Assembly (NCBI GenBank): GCA_050248655.1
Contig: JBFWRY010000002.1
Location: forward strand, 236,811-268,810
Origin: Dehalococcoidia bacterium
Lineage (GTDB): Bacteria; Chloroflexota; Dehalococcoidia; Tepidiformales; Tepidiformaceae
Length of the DNA stretch: 32,000 bases
Direction: 5' to 3'
Below, piece by piece: positions 8,185 to 17,131 of this stretch. Numbering within the stretch: position 1 is the stretch's first letter; every line of letters begins with the position of its first letter. The notes beneath the pieces are model-generated. The model had not been told where the DNA came from and did no database searches. It saw only the letters and a program-made list of their open reading frames with translations. Made by a program: the position numbers and the translations under genes.

Positions 8185-8634
8185 CTAGCGCCCGCCGCCT
8201 CGGAAGCGGTCGAAGAACGAGGAGCGCTTTCCGCCCCCGCGCAGCCCACTCAGAAACGAACCCCATGCAGCTTCCGCACCTGCTGCCCGTTCCAGTCCCC
8301 GAATCCGGTCCTCGATGATGTCCCGGACTCGGCCTTCTTCACCTGCATCCAGCCAGTACCCGTGCTCCTCGCGGCACGTGTCCAGCTCGAGGTCGTATGC
8401 CCGGTAGTTGAAAGCCGTCATCTGTTTGCTACAGACCGGGCAGTTGAGGTCGCTGTCACGGTTCGAATACTGGACCATCGCCCGCCGCTGGCCCTCGGTT
8501 GATTCGACCGTCGATTCCAACGCGTCCAGTTCGTGATGGTCGAGCCATCTCCCATTGCAGGCCGGACAATGGTCGACCTCGATGCCGTAGTGGTGCTCAA
8601 CTGCGAGTTCGGCTCCGTCGCGGGGACATTGCAA
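8185..8634 (-). CDS. Tandem zinc-ribbon (zf-TFIIB-like) protein with Gly/Arg-rich tail
   Basis: Two copies of CP.(D/V)..-x-..CP.C.G.WLD..EL pattern (CPRDG..CPACNGRWLDHHELD and CPVCSKQM..). TTG start 8634 follows AAGGAGG with 6-nt spacing. Confidence 0.65.
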   Translation of the reverse strand: MQCPRDGAELAVEHHYGIEVDHCPACNGRWLDHHELDALESTVESTEGQRRAMVQYSNRDSDLNCPVCSKQMTAFNYRAYDLELDTCREEHGYWLDAGEEGRVRDIIEDRIRGLERAAGAEAAWGSFLSGLRGGGKRSSFFDRFRGGGR

Positions 8635-8849
8635 CGCCTGCCTCCTTGGGTTCTTGGCTCGGACCGATGGAGCACGTCCCGTAGCTCGGAGGAGCGGTTA
8701 CACGGAAGCCTGGTCACCATTCCGGCCCTCTACTTTCTAGCACATTGGCCCTCTTCGTTTGGTCAGGAACGTTTCGCTGGTACGCTCGCTCTGGCGATTG
8801 GGCAGAATGGCCGAGCGCCGTTTCGGCGCCAGAAGGGGACTGACCAGCT

Positions 8850-9788
8850 TTGCGAGGAATTGGCGTGTTCGAGTTCGGAGGGCCGGAAGTCCTCAAGGTC
8901 GTCGACCTGCCGGAAGCGCACCCCGGTGCCGGCGAAGTCCGTATCCGCGTCTATGGCGCCGCAGTCAATCCGACCGACACGGGCATCCGCGACGGCTCCC
9001 GCGCAGCCATGCTCGCGACCATCGCGCCGCCTTATGTCCCCGGCATGGATGCTGCGGGAGTCATCGATGAAGTCGGCCCGGGCGCTGGACATCGCTTCAA
9101 GGTCGGCGACGCCGTCATGGCAATGGTCATCCCCACCGGCGCCCACGGTGCCTACCGCGAGAGCGTCGTCCTCGCCGCTGACGCCGTTGCCCTCGCTCCG
9201 CATGGAGCCAGCCACTTCGAAGCTGCAACCCTGCCTATGAACGGCCTCACCGCGCGCCTTTCGCTTGATCAGCTTGCCCTCCAGCCCGGCGACACATTGG
9301 CTGTCACCGGCGCCGCTGGCTGCTATGGCGGCTACGTCGTGCAGCTTGCGAAGGCGACTGGACTCCGCGTGATAGCCGATGCCTCCAGCGCCGACGAACA
9401 GCTCGTCCGCGACCTTGGGGCCGACATCGTCGTGCAGCGAGGAGACAACATCGCCGCAACCATCCGTGGAGTAGCTCCCGATGGTGTCGATGGCCTCGCC
9501 GACGGCGCGGTGCAAAACGAACTCGCCGTCGGCGCCGTTCGCGATGGCGGAGGCTTCGCCTCCGTTCGCGGCTACAAAGGCACCGGCGAACGCGGCATTC
9601 GCTTCCACTTAACGATGGTCCGCGAGTATGACCACCGAGCCGACCTGCTCGACCAGCTCCGCCAGCAGGTCGAAGCCGGCCTCGTCACCCTGCGTGTCGC
9701 CGGGACGTATCCGCCCGAAGAGGCGGCAGCAGCGCATGCCCGGCTCGAAGCCGGGGGCACCCGCGGGCGCTGCGTCATCAGCTTCTAG
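8850..9788 (+). CDS. Zinc-type alcohol dehydrogenase / NADPH:quinone oxidoreductase-like (MDR superfamily)
   Basis: FGGPEVLKVVDLPEAHPGAGEVRIRVYGAAVNPTD and the nucleotide-binding AVTGAAGCYGGYVVQLAK are typical of the QOR subfamily. TTG start. Confidence 0.8.
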   Translation: MRGIGVFEFGGPEVLKVVDLPEAHPGAGEVRIRVYGAAVNPTDTGIRDGSRAAMLATIAPPYVPGMDAAGVIDEVGPGAGHRFKVGDAVMAMVIPTGAHGAYRESVVLAADAVALAPHGASHFEAATLPMNGLTARLSLDQLALQPGDTLAVTGAAGCYGGYVVQLAKATGLRVIADASSADEQLVRDLGADIVVQRGDNIAATIRGVAPDGVDGLADGAVQNELAVGAVRDGGGFASVRGYKGTGERGIRFHLTMVREYDHRADLLDQLRQQVEAGLVTLRVAGTYPPEEAAAAHARLEAGGTRGRCVISF

Positions 9789-9805
9789 CGTCCGGGCCCG
9801 GAGGC

Positions 9806-10462
9806 CTACTCCGGGGGACAGAGCCGCGTGGCAATCGGAAATGCACTCAGCGTCAGCTCAGCCCTCCGCCGGAAATTGTCCCGCGCTTCCGGTGCCGGTG
9901 TCCGCGATATCTCCCACGAAGCGAACCCGTCGTACCACGTCAACAGAAGCATCGTGCTCCGGTCGATCGCTGGTTCGCGCTCCCTGAACAGCGCCTGCGG
10001 CTTGGCCTGGTACGCGGCGGTGTCCTCGAACGTTGTCCACGCCTCGTCCGAGAGCGCGGCAACCTGCCCAATATCAGGCGTGCGGACATCGAAGAATCGG
10101 AAGACATAAAGTCCGTCGCGCGTCAGCGGAGCGTCCGTCTCAGGCCGCACGGTTGGCACGAACGCGTACTGTTGCGTGATCTCCGCCTCGCCCGGGAGCG
10201 TGCCCGCGAGCACCCCAACAGCGTCCGTCGCTGCATCCCACGACGTGACCACGATCAGTTCGTTGCTCCGCAGTCCGAACTGGCCGAACCATGTCCCCCA
10301 AATGCCGCCACCGGCTCGCCCGATCGCCGGATAGGTGGTGCTGCGAAGCGCCGCAAGCAGCGGCTGGTACCCCGCTGCCCGGTACTGGCCCCCGGCGGCG
10401 ATGGGCGCCGGTTCCGCAGTGCTACGGATGCGTGCCCAGTGGAAGGTTCGTTCAGAAGGCAT
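9806..10462 (-). CDS. NIPSNAP-like tandem dimeric alpha/beta-barrel protein
   Basis: Two ~100-aa halves with NIPSNAP-like patterns (GTWFGQFGLRSNELIVVTSWD and STMLLLTWYDGFASWE). It starts 3 nt after the upstream crotonase stop, so it is probably co-transcribed. Confidence 0.5.
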   Translation of the reverse strand: MPSERTFHWARIRSTAEPAPIAAGGQYRAAGYQPLLAALRSTTYPAIGRAGGGIWGTWFGQFGLRSNELIVVTSWDAATDAVGVLAGTLPGEAEITQQYAFVPTVRPETDAPLTRDGLYVFRFFDVRTPDIGQVAALSDEAWTTFEDTAAYQAKPQALFREREPAIDRSTMLLLTWYDGFASWEISRTPAPEARDNFRRRAELTLSAFPIATRLCPPE

Positions 10463-10465
10463 CTG

Positions 10466-11302
10466 CTACACCTTCGGCGCCAGGCCCGTCCGCTGCCCGC
10501 GCAGGCCCCGCAGCGCAAGGTCGACAGGGCCCAGCCGACGTACACCCTCGGGCCCGCGCGGCCCACCCTGGTTGCGCATCATTATGACATAATCGCCGAA
10601 GCCGGCTTCCATCCCGCTCGCATAGCCCATCAGGTCCTGCGCCTTGTTGATGGAAAGCTTGGTCATCCGGACGATCATCCGGTCGTTTTCGGCGACCCGC
10701 AGCGCGTAGTTGACGGTTTCCCGCTCCAGGTCCTCCGGCGCGCAGACGCGGTTGACGAACCCCGCTTCAACGGCCTCCGCGGCGGTCAGGAACCGGCTCT
10801 CGAAACACAGCTCCTTCGCTTTCTTCGGGGTGATGTCCCACGGCACCGAGGGGTACTCCAGCAGTGCCGGCAGGAACACTGCGCGGTCGCTGGCGAACAC
10901 GAGGTCCATCGACGCCGCGATCATCCAGCCTCCAAAGATGCAGAACCCATCCACCATCGCGATCGTTGGTTTTGGCATGTTCCGCCACTTCAGGGTGATG
11001 TCGAGGTTGTAGTGCTTGAATGCGTCATAGAACTCGATACCCGACTCCGGGAGTCCACGCGCTTCGCGGTCTGCAACGCTCTCCGGCGTGCCCAGGTCGT
11101 GCCCGGACGAAAAGTTGCCCCCGGCGCCTTCGAGGATCACCACCGCCACCTCGCGGTCGGCCATTGCCCGCTCAAGCGCCGCATCCAATTCGTCCAGCAG
11201 GTGGTAGCTCTGTGCGTTGCGATACTTCGGGCGGTTCAGCGTGATCCGCGCGATCGCGCCTTCAGTCCGGTACAGGACGACATCCTTCTCTCGTTCAACC
11301 AT
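10466..11302 (-). CDS. Enoyl-CoA hydratase/isomerase (crotonase) family protein
   Basis: ARITLNRPKYRNAQS..VVILEGAGGNFSSGHDL..KPTIAMVDGFCIFGG. ATG 11302 follows GGGAG. The listed ORF extends further upstream. Confidence 0.88.
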   Translation of the reverse strand: MVEREKDVVLYRTEGAIARITLNRPKYRNAQSYHLLDELDAALERAMADREVAVVILEGAGGNFSSGHDLGTPESVADREARGLPESGIEFYDAFKHYNLDITLKWRNMPKPTIAMVDGFCIFGGWMIAASMDLVFASDRAVFLPALLEYPSVPWDITPKKAKELCFESRFLTAAEAVEAGFVNRVCAPEDLERETVNYALRVAENDRMIVRMTKLSINKAQDLMGYASGMEAGFGDYVIMMRNQGGPRGPEGVRRLGPVDLALRGLRGQRTGLAPKV

Positions 11303-11413
11303 CGGTGCTGCATCTCCCTTCGGTTCCCCCACTCTACGGAGGGCAGCTCCCCGGAGCACGTCTGCGCAGCGTCGGCACGCGAACGGTCGTCGTCCCTCGC
11401 GTTCTCCTCTACG

Positions 11414-12247
11414 ATGCCGCAACACCGCACCAGGGAGCTTCCACCAGTGGATTTCGAGGACATCATCTACGAGGTCGATTCCGACGGGGTCGCCACGCTC
11501 ACCATCAACCGCCCCGAGCGCATGAACGCGCTTCGCCCCCAGACGACCGCCGAAATCCGCCAGGCGATTGCCCTCGCCCGCGATGACGATGCTGTCCGCT
11601 GCCTCCTCGTGACGGGCGCCGGCCGCGCCTTCTGTGCCGGCGACGACTTCCAGGCCATCTTCCTCGCCGACAACCGGTCCAACAGCCAGTTCAACCGGCA
11701 GGTACGCCGCATCAAGGAGGGGGAGGTCTCCCTCGACGACCTCTTCGCCCTCGAGAAGCCCACCGTCGCGGCGGTCAATGGCGCCGCCGTCGGCTACGGC
11801 ATGGACCTCGCCCTCTATTGTGACATCCGCTTCGCCTCGGAAAGCGCCCGCATGGGCTGGTTCTTCGTCCGTCGCGGCGTCCTCGGCACCGTTGGCGGCA
11901 CGTTCATCCTCCGCCAGCTGGTCGGCCTTTCAAAGGCCCTCGAACTGACGATGACCGGCGACATGGTGCCCGCCGAGGAGGCGCTCAAGATCGGCCTCGT
12001 CTCCAAAGTCGTGCCCGATGACCAGCTCCTCGCCGAGGCCCGCGCCATGGCCCGCAAGCTCGCCGGCGGCCCGCCCCTCGCCCAGCGCGCCGTCAAGCGC
12101 GCCATGCACAAGGGATTCCAGATGGATTGGAAGACCCTCGGCGAATACCAGCAGGCCCTCGGCGATGTCCTCTGGCAAACAGAAGACCACCGCGAAGGCG
12201 TCGATTCGTTCGTCGAAAAACGCGAGCCGTCGTACAAGGGGCGCTAG
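11414..12247 (+). CDS. Enoyl-CoA hydratase/isomerase (crotonase) family protein
   Basis: This is the C-terminal 278 codons of the artefactual 691-aa ORF 10172..12247. Motifs: ATLTINRPERMNAL..LLVTGAGRAFCAGDD..KPTVAAVNGAAVGYGMDLAL..EGVDSFVEKREPSYKG. An alternative start, GTG 11447, has GGGAG 9 nt upstream. Confidence 0.88.
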   Translation: MPQHRTRELPPVDFEDIIYEVDSDGVATLTINRPERMNALRPQTTAEIRQAIALARDDDAVRCLLVTGAGRAFCAGDDFQAIFLADNRSNSQFNRQVRRIKEGEVSLDDLFALEKPTVAAVNGAAVGYGMDLALYCDIRFASESARMGWFFVRRGVLGTVGGTFILRQLVGLSKALELTMTGDMVPAEEALKIGLVSKVVPDDQLLAEARAMARKLAGGPPLAQRAVKRAMHKGFQMDWKTLGEYQQALGDVLWQTEDHREGVDSFVEKREPSYKGR

Positions 12248-12255
12248 CTGCGGCC

Positions 12256-12274
12256 CCCGCCCGGTTGGGGCGGG
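12256..12274 (+). terminator. GC-rich hairpin downstream of the crotonase gene (possible intrinsic terminator)
   Basis: CCCGCCC-GGTTG-GGGCGGG (7-bp stem) begins 9 nt after the stop at 12245-12247. There is no U-tract. Confidence 0.3.
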
Positions 12275-12397
12275 CCCGGCGCAGTTGCCGGAGTATTGCG
12301 CCGCGGACCGCATCGCATCCGCCCGTCGTACACAGTCCTCGCGAAAACGGGCCCGTTCCGGCAGGGCCGTCTGCATGATCGTCAATCCAGAGATTCA

Positions 12398-12450
12398 AAG
12401 AGGGTGGTGGAGCTGGAGGGATTCGAACCCTCTACCTCAACACTGCCAGT
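12398..12450. repeat. Direct repeat copy 1: orphan 3' half of tRNA-Ala (nt 31-76 plus 7 nt downstream); putative distal att site
   Basis: AAGAGGGTGGTGGAGCTGGAGGGATTCGAACCCTCTACCTCAACACTGCCAGT is identical over 53/53 nt to 19866-19918. The adjacent sequence (12451 onward) does not encode a tRNA 5' half. Confidence 0.9.
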
Positions 12451-12622
12451 CTTACGCATGGCGTTCGCGGTCGTCCGCTCAGGTTCGCCAAGTTGACAGT
12501 AAGTCCTTCGCCGGTTGCCGCTGGCTGATGTCATCCGTGACAATTAATGTCAGCATTGATGTCGGATTCGAATGACCTCTGGGAACCAAGGCGGCAGCCA
12601 GTCGTGATCAGGCGAAATCGAT

Positions 12623-13372
12623 TTAGATCGTCTGGTTGCAGAGTGCAACCTGATGCCGTGTGTATCGCTCGAGGTTCGCAACCTGGGCCGTTGTGAGTCG
12701 GTCGCAGGCCCAGCCCCAGTGGATTGACACCCACTGCCCTGGCGACACATCGTCGACGAACCCTTTGCCGTCGATCCACCGCTGGACTGTCTCCGACTGT
12801 GGGGCGGCCAACTCCAGCGTTCCTTCGCGCAGCACGAGCGGCTGGACGCTCACCACCAGGTTCGCGCCGTCCACTGCGGTGACCTGGCCCCAACGAATGC
12901 GGCACTGCTCCATGGTGTGGAACAGGTGACTCGTGACCGCGCCAGACTTCATGAACCCGGCCCGAGGGTAGATCTCGAAGACATGAAAGCTGTGATGGGG
13001 CCGCGCCCCGGCCGGGATCTTGGTGACCAGCCAGTTCCAGTCGCCCGGCTTCGTTCGCGCCTTGAAACGTGTCTTCATCGAATCGAACAGCAGCCCCATG
13101 TCCACGTTGTCCAGGAGGCTGTTTCCGACCCAGTAGGCATCCACCACTCGCGCATCGAGCGGGTCCGCGATGTTGTTTGCTCGCGCGATCAACTGAAGGT
13201 ACGGGTACGCACCCTCGAACTGTCTCTCCAGTTGCAGCAGTCCCCCATCGACCACGCCGCTGGTCGTGTACTGGAAGAGAGCAAGGTCGTCGTCTCCTCC
13301 GCAGAAGCCGAGTTCGTTCGGACGGAACGCGTAGCGCGCGAAAAGGAGGGGGCCGGGGACCGTCCCGTTCAC
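12623..13372 (-). CDS. Conserved hypothetical protein, last gene of the hydrogenase operon (possibly the DUF6390-type family; C-terminal part HypC/HupF-like)
   Basis: GTG 13372 overlaps the EamA stop (GTGA). The C-terminal segment GQVTAVDGANLVVSVQPL..GQWVSIHWGWACDRLT resembles the HypC-type beta-barrel pattern (..V.VHVGFA..). The family name is from memory and unverified. Confidence 0.6.
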   Translation of the reverse strand: MNGTVPGPLLFARYAFRPNELGFCGGDDDLALFQYTTSGVVDGGLLQLERQFEGAYPYLQLIARANNIADPLDARVVDAYWVGNSLLDNVDMGLLFDSMKTRFKARTKPGDWNWLVTKIPAGARPHHSFHVFEIYPRAGFMKSGAVTSHLFHTMEQCRIRWGQVTAVDGANLVVSVQPLVLREGTLELAAPQSETVQRWIDGKGFVDDVSPGQWVSIHWGWACDRLTTAQVANLERYTRHQVALCNQTI

Positions 13373-14322
13373 GCCCCGCCTCCCGCCGCTTCGAGGGCGC
13401 CGGCTTGGCCGCGGTCCCTCCCTGCCCGCCAGGCAAGCACCGCCGTCAGCGCCACACCGACCATCAGGAGTGAATAACCGGCCAGGCGTTCGGCGTCCGG
13501 CATCGGACGCCCGTCCCAAATCTGCAGGGCTGCTGTTAGGGGTGCGGCCACGGTCAGCACGCATGTCACAGCGGTTGCTGGCGCAAGCTTGAGCGCCCCG
13601 TACCAGGTGCTTACGTACGCGACGAGAAACGCTGCGGTGAGTAGCAGCCACCGCCATTGCTCGGCATCGAACCCAAAGAGATCGCTTGCCTTGCCGGTCA
13701 CGGCGAGGTAGCAGAAAAGGACCAGGGCGCCGCCACCCATCCGCGCTGCCACCCCAATCGAAGCCGAAACGCCCCGCAGCACCTGCCGCGCAATGACCGT
13801 CTCGACTGCCCAGAGGAGCGTCGCGGCCAGGATCATGAGTTCGCCACTCCCGAACGATGCCTCCGCCGGCCGTCCGATGAGCACCTGTGCCAGCAGCAGA
13901 ACGCCGATCGCCAGCAGATGGCCCGGGCCGAGGCGTTCACCCAACAGGGGGACTGCCAGCAGCGCCACCCAGATGAACAGCGTCTTTTGGATAAACGCAG
14001 CGTTCGCCGCCGTCGCCTGGCTGAGCCCTTCGAAGAACAGGATGAACGGGATACTGCCGCCGACGACGGCGATCGTTCCCAGCTTCAACAGTGTGGCGCG
14101 CGGTAGTGCCCGCGCCTCCTGCATCGTCGCCGGTCGCAGCAGCGCTGCCACGATCACGACGCCGACCAGACTGTTCTTTGCTGCGGTGAACACAGCGCTG
14201 TCGTCGAAGTGGCGAACAGCATGGCCGTTCAGGAAGATCGAGACACCGCTGATGAGCGCTGCCGTGAGGGCGAGGCTGATACCCAGGCGAGGCGTCGCGG
14301 CCACGGGGCCCGATCGGTTCAT
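13369..14322 (-). CDS. EamA/DMT-superfamily permease
   Basis: 317 aa with ~10 predicted TM helices in two EamA-like halves. ATG 14322 follows GGAGGG and overlaps the hypC stop (ATGA). Confidence 0.8.
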   Translation of the reverse strand: MNRSGPVAATPRLGISLALTAALISGVSIFLNGHAVRHFDDSAVFTAAKNSLVGVVIVAALLRPATMQEARALPRATLLKLGTIAVVGGSIPFILFFEGLSQATAANAAFIQKTLFIWVALLAVPLLGERLGPGHLLAIGVLLLAQVLIGRPAEASFGSGELMILAATLLWAVETVIARQVLRGVSASIGVAARMGGGALVLFCYLAVTGKASDLFGFDAEQWRWLLLTAAFLVAYVSTWYGALKLAPATAVTCVLTVAAPLTAALQIWDGRPMPDAERLAGYSLLMVGVALTAVLAWRAGRDRGQAGALEAAGGGA

Positions 14323-14597
14323 TTGAGTCCCTCCGTTGGTTGGTTCGTCGGTTCGTTCGTCAGGTCTTCCCAGGCCCCGAGCAGCATCGCCCCGAACGTG
14401 TTCCGCTCGGTCGCTTCCTCCTCGGTAACCCGCTCGATGACGGCCCCGCCCGCTACCAGCACGCGGTCTCCGCAGGCAAGGTCTTCGACATAAGAAAGGC
14501 ACTGCATCGTCGGTGCGTATGGAAAATCGACGGTCGCCATCACCAGTCCGGCGCTCTCGTGCAGCGCTACGACCGTCCCGGCAGTCCCAAGGCACAT
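14319..14597 (-). CDS. hypC: Hydrogenase maturation chaperone HypC/HupF family
   Basis: Starts MCLGTAG.. (the essential N-terminal Cys2). It is 92 aa and sits between hypA and the rest of the operon. Its ATG shares one nt with the hypA stop (TGATG). Confidence 0.85.
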   Translation of the reverse strand: MCLGTAGTVVALHESAGLVMATVDFPYAPTMQCLSYVEDLACGDRVLVAGGAVIERVTEEEATERNTFGAMLLGAWEDLTNEPTNQPTEGLK

Positions 14598-14923
14598 CAG
14601 GACACCTTCCCGTCGACCACTTCCAGTTCGACCGATTCCTCCCGCGCGGGCAGCGGCGCCCCACCGCAACCTGGGCATTCCACGTCGCCGGTGTCGGCTG
14701 TGTATCCGGCCGCGCAGACCGAGCAGGCGAGCTCCATCGGCATGTGCACGATCTGCAGGTCCAGGGCCATGCCAGCTCCGCCGAGGTGCGCTAGCAGCGC
14801 TGCGTCGAACTCCTCCGGCCGGGCATGGTGACCTCCCGAGACGAGTAGCCGAAGCTGCCGCCCGGCGAGGCCCTGCTCCGCCACCGTCGCGGCGATCGCC
14901 GCAGCGAGGCCCGCTTCATGCAT
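14597..14923 (-). CDS. hypA: Hydrogenase nickel-insertion protein HypA
   Basis: N-terminal MHE nickel motif (MHEAGLAAAI..) and a zinc site CSVC-x12-CPGC; 108 aa. Confidence 0.88.
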   Translation of the reverse strand: MHEAGLAAAIAATVAEQGLAGRQLRLLVSGGHHARPEEFDAALLAHLGGAGMALDLQIVHMPMELACSVCAAGYTADTGDVECPGCGGAPLPAREESVELEVVDGKVS

Positions 14924-15428
14924 GCAGCATCGCCTCCCGTAATGCCCAGGCTTCGTCTCGTGCCGCCGCAAGCGCCCCCGGCATGGCCGCGCTGACGACC
15001 GCGCTCAGGTCGAGGCAATAGTCGATGGTCTGCGGCTGTATTCCCACCAGTGCCACCGCTTGCGGCAGTGCGCCCGTCAGTCGTGCGACGGCTAGCAGGT
15101 CGCCCGCGCCCACCTGGTGCGGCGACATCCGCGTCCCGAACGCCGCCGTCAGATCATCGCCGCGGAAGATCCTGACGGTCCCGGGTTTGGCTCCCACGTT
15201 GAGCGCATCGAGTAAGAGCAGCGCACCGGCGTCGGCCACCAGTGGCAGCAACTCGATCCCCAGCGTCCCGCCGTCCACCACCATTGCGCCCCCAGGGAGC
15301 AGCGCAGGTTCCAACTCCAGCGCCTCTGCGAGGTGGATTCCGACACCCTCGTCCTGCAGAAGAACGTTACCAACCCCGAGGATGAGCAGCGGTCGCTCAA
15401 GGGCGATGGGGACAGGCGCGACTGACAC
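14916..15428 (-). CDS. hupD: [NiFe]-hydrogenase maturation endopeptidase (HyaD/HupD family)
   Basis: LLILGVGNVLLQDEGVGIH..DGGT.G..LL....LLLLDA..G..PG matches the HyaD family pattern. GTG 15428 lies 2 nt after the large-subunit stop. Confidence 0.85.
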   Translation of the reverse strand: MSVAPVPIALERPLLILGVGNVLLQDEGVGIHLAEALELEPALLPGGAMVVDGGTLGIELLPLVADAGALLLLDALNVGAKPGTVRIFRGDDLTAAFGTRMSPHQVGAGDLLAVARLTGALPQAVALVGIQPQTIDYCLDLSAVVSAAMPGALAAARDEAWALREAMLHA

Positions 15429-15430
15429 CG

Positions 15431-17131
15431 TTACAGCACCCGTACCTGGACACCAGACCCTCTGGCCGGGTCGTACACGTGCACCGCGCACGCCATGCAT
15501 GGGTCGAATGAGTGCACCGTCCGCAGGATCTCAACAGGTTGTTCCGGGTCAGCGACCGGGGTCCCGACGAGGGCCTCCTCCCATGCCCCTCGGCGGCCCC
15601 TTTCGTCCCGGGGAGATCCGTTCCACGTGCTGGGCACTACCAATTGGTAGTTCGCCACCTTCTGGTCCTTGATGACAACCCAATGACCCAGTGCTCCCCG
15701 CGGCGCCTCCTCGAATCCCCAGCCCTGGGCATCCGTCGGCCACGACGCAGGCTCCCACTTCTCCGTCGCCGCCACCTCCAGCACCCCGGTGTCCATGTTG
15801 CTTGCGAGCTGATCGACCCATCCGCCCAGACGGTTGGCCAGCACTTGTGTCTCCAGCGCACGCGCTGCAATGCGTCCCAGTGTGCTGAAGAGGGCGTCTT
15901 TGGTGACGCCCAGCTTGGAAATCAGGCCGTCGACCGCCGATACGAACTCCTGCCGTCCCGACGCGTACGCCACCAGCACTCGTGCGAGGGGGCCGACCTC
16001 GTAGGGCTCATCCTCGTATCGTGGTGCCTTCAGCCAGCTGTATTTCTCGTACCCCTCGAGCGTCTCATAGGGTGGGGGTGGCCCGGCGTACGTCGGCTTC
16101 GTTTCTCCTTCCCACGGATGCAATGCACGGTCCGAGGCGTACTCGTACCACGAATGCGCGACCGTCTCGGCAATCTGCGCCTGATCCACCGGGAGCACCT
16201 TCGAAAGGTCCCGCCCTACGATCCGGCCGGCCGGGAACACATAGCTGCTCTCCGCGCCGGTGGCGTCGGGGAAGTCGCCGTACACCAGGTAGTTGCCAAT
16301 ACCCTTCCCGATGCTCGCCCAGTCCTTGTACTTTCCGGCGATGTACGTGACGTCCGGAATGTACACCTGGTCGACGAACTCCTTCGCGCCAGTGATCTGC
16401 TGCCGGATGGTAGCCAGGCTTGCCCGGTTCAACCCGGTCGGCGAATCGTTTGCCATGCGCAGCGCCATCCCCCCCACAACATACGTCTGAGGGTGTGGGT
16501 TCTTGCCTCCAAGGATGGCGTGCACCTTCACGATACCCCGTTGCCACTCCAGCGCCTCGAGGTAGTGCGCCACGAACAGCAGGTTCTCTTCCGGGGTCAG
16601 GGTGTACGCCGGGTGGCCCCAGTAGCCGTTGGCAAACGGCCCGAGCTGCCCTGAACTCACGAACGTCTTGAGTCGCTCAAGGACGGTTGTGAAGTAGCTC
16701 GCGGAGTTGTTCTTCCATGGGCTGATCGATTGTTGGAGCGTCGCGACCCTGGCCGGGTCGGCCGTCGTCGCCGAGACCACATCCACCCAGTCCAACGCGT
16801 GCAGGTGATAGAAGTGCACCACGTGGTCATGGACGAACTGGGTCGCCCCGATCACGTTTCGCACCAGCCGCGCGTTTGCCGGGATGGTGATCCCGAGCGC
16901 GTCCTCGACTGCTCGCACTGAGGCGAGCGCATGCACAGTGGTGCACACGCCGCAGGCCCGCTGTGCGAACATCCACGCATCCCGCGGGTCCCGTCCCTGG
17001 ATGATGTTCTCCAGCCCCCGGAACATGGTGCCCGTGCTCCACGCATCCTTCACCGTGCCGTCGGACACTTCGACTTCGATGCGGAGGTGGCCCTCAATGC
17101 GCGTGATCGGGTCAATCGCGATGCGAGTCAA
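15431..17131 (-). CDS. hupL: [NiFe]-hydrogenase large (catalytic) subunit, group 1-like uptake type
   Basis: IDPITRIEGH; N-terminal Ni-Fe ligands RACGVCTTVH; C-terminal DPCMACAVH followed by a 15-aa cleavable extension. TTG start overlaps the hupS stop (TTGA), with GGAGGA upstream. Confidence 0.95.
   Translation of the reverse strand: MTRIAIDPITRIEGHLRIEVEVSDGTVKDAWSTGTMFRGLENIIQGRDPRDAWMFAQRACGVCTTVHALASVRAVEDALGITIPANARLVRNVIGATQFVHDHVVHFYHLHALDWVDVVSATTADPARVATLQQSISPWKNNSASYFTTVLERLKTFVSSGQLGPFANGYWGHPAYTLTPEENLLFVAHYLEALEWQRGIVKVHAILGGKNPHPQTYVVGGMALRMANDSPTGLNRASLATIRQQITGAKEFVDQVYIPDVTYIAGKYKDWASIGKGIGNYLVYGDFPDATGAESSYVFPAGRIVGRDLSKVLPVDQAQIAETVAHSWYEYASDRALHPWEGETKPTYAGPPPPYETLEGYEKYSWLKAPRYEDEPYEVGPLARVLVAYASGRQEFVSAVDGLISKLGVTKDALFSTLGRIAARALETQVLANRLGGWVDQLASNMDTGVLEVAATEKWEPASWPTDAQGWGFEEAPRGALGHWVVIKDQKVANYQLVVPSTWNGSPRDERGRRGAWEEALVGTPVADPEQPVEILRTVHSFDPCMACAVHVYDPARGSGVQVRVL

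Noticed and set aside
10172-12247. 691-aa ORF, the longest plus-strand ORF in the track
   Set aside because: Only the last ~278 codons (from 11414 or 11447) are crotonase-like. The upstream two-thirds runs antisense to two well-supported minus-strand genes (NIPSNAP-like and crotonase) and is Arg/Pro/His-rich, a typical high-GC read-through artefact.
12405-12490. A second complete tRNA gene at the left repeat
   Set aside because: Only the 46 nt matching the tRNA-Ala 3' half are tRNA-like. The sequence where the 5' half should be (GAGCGGACGACCGCGAACGCCATGCGTAAG on the minus strand) cannot form acceptor or D arms.
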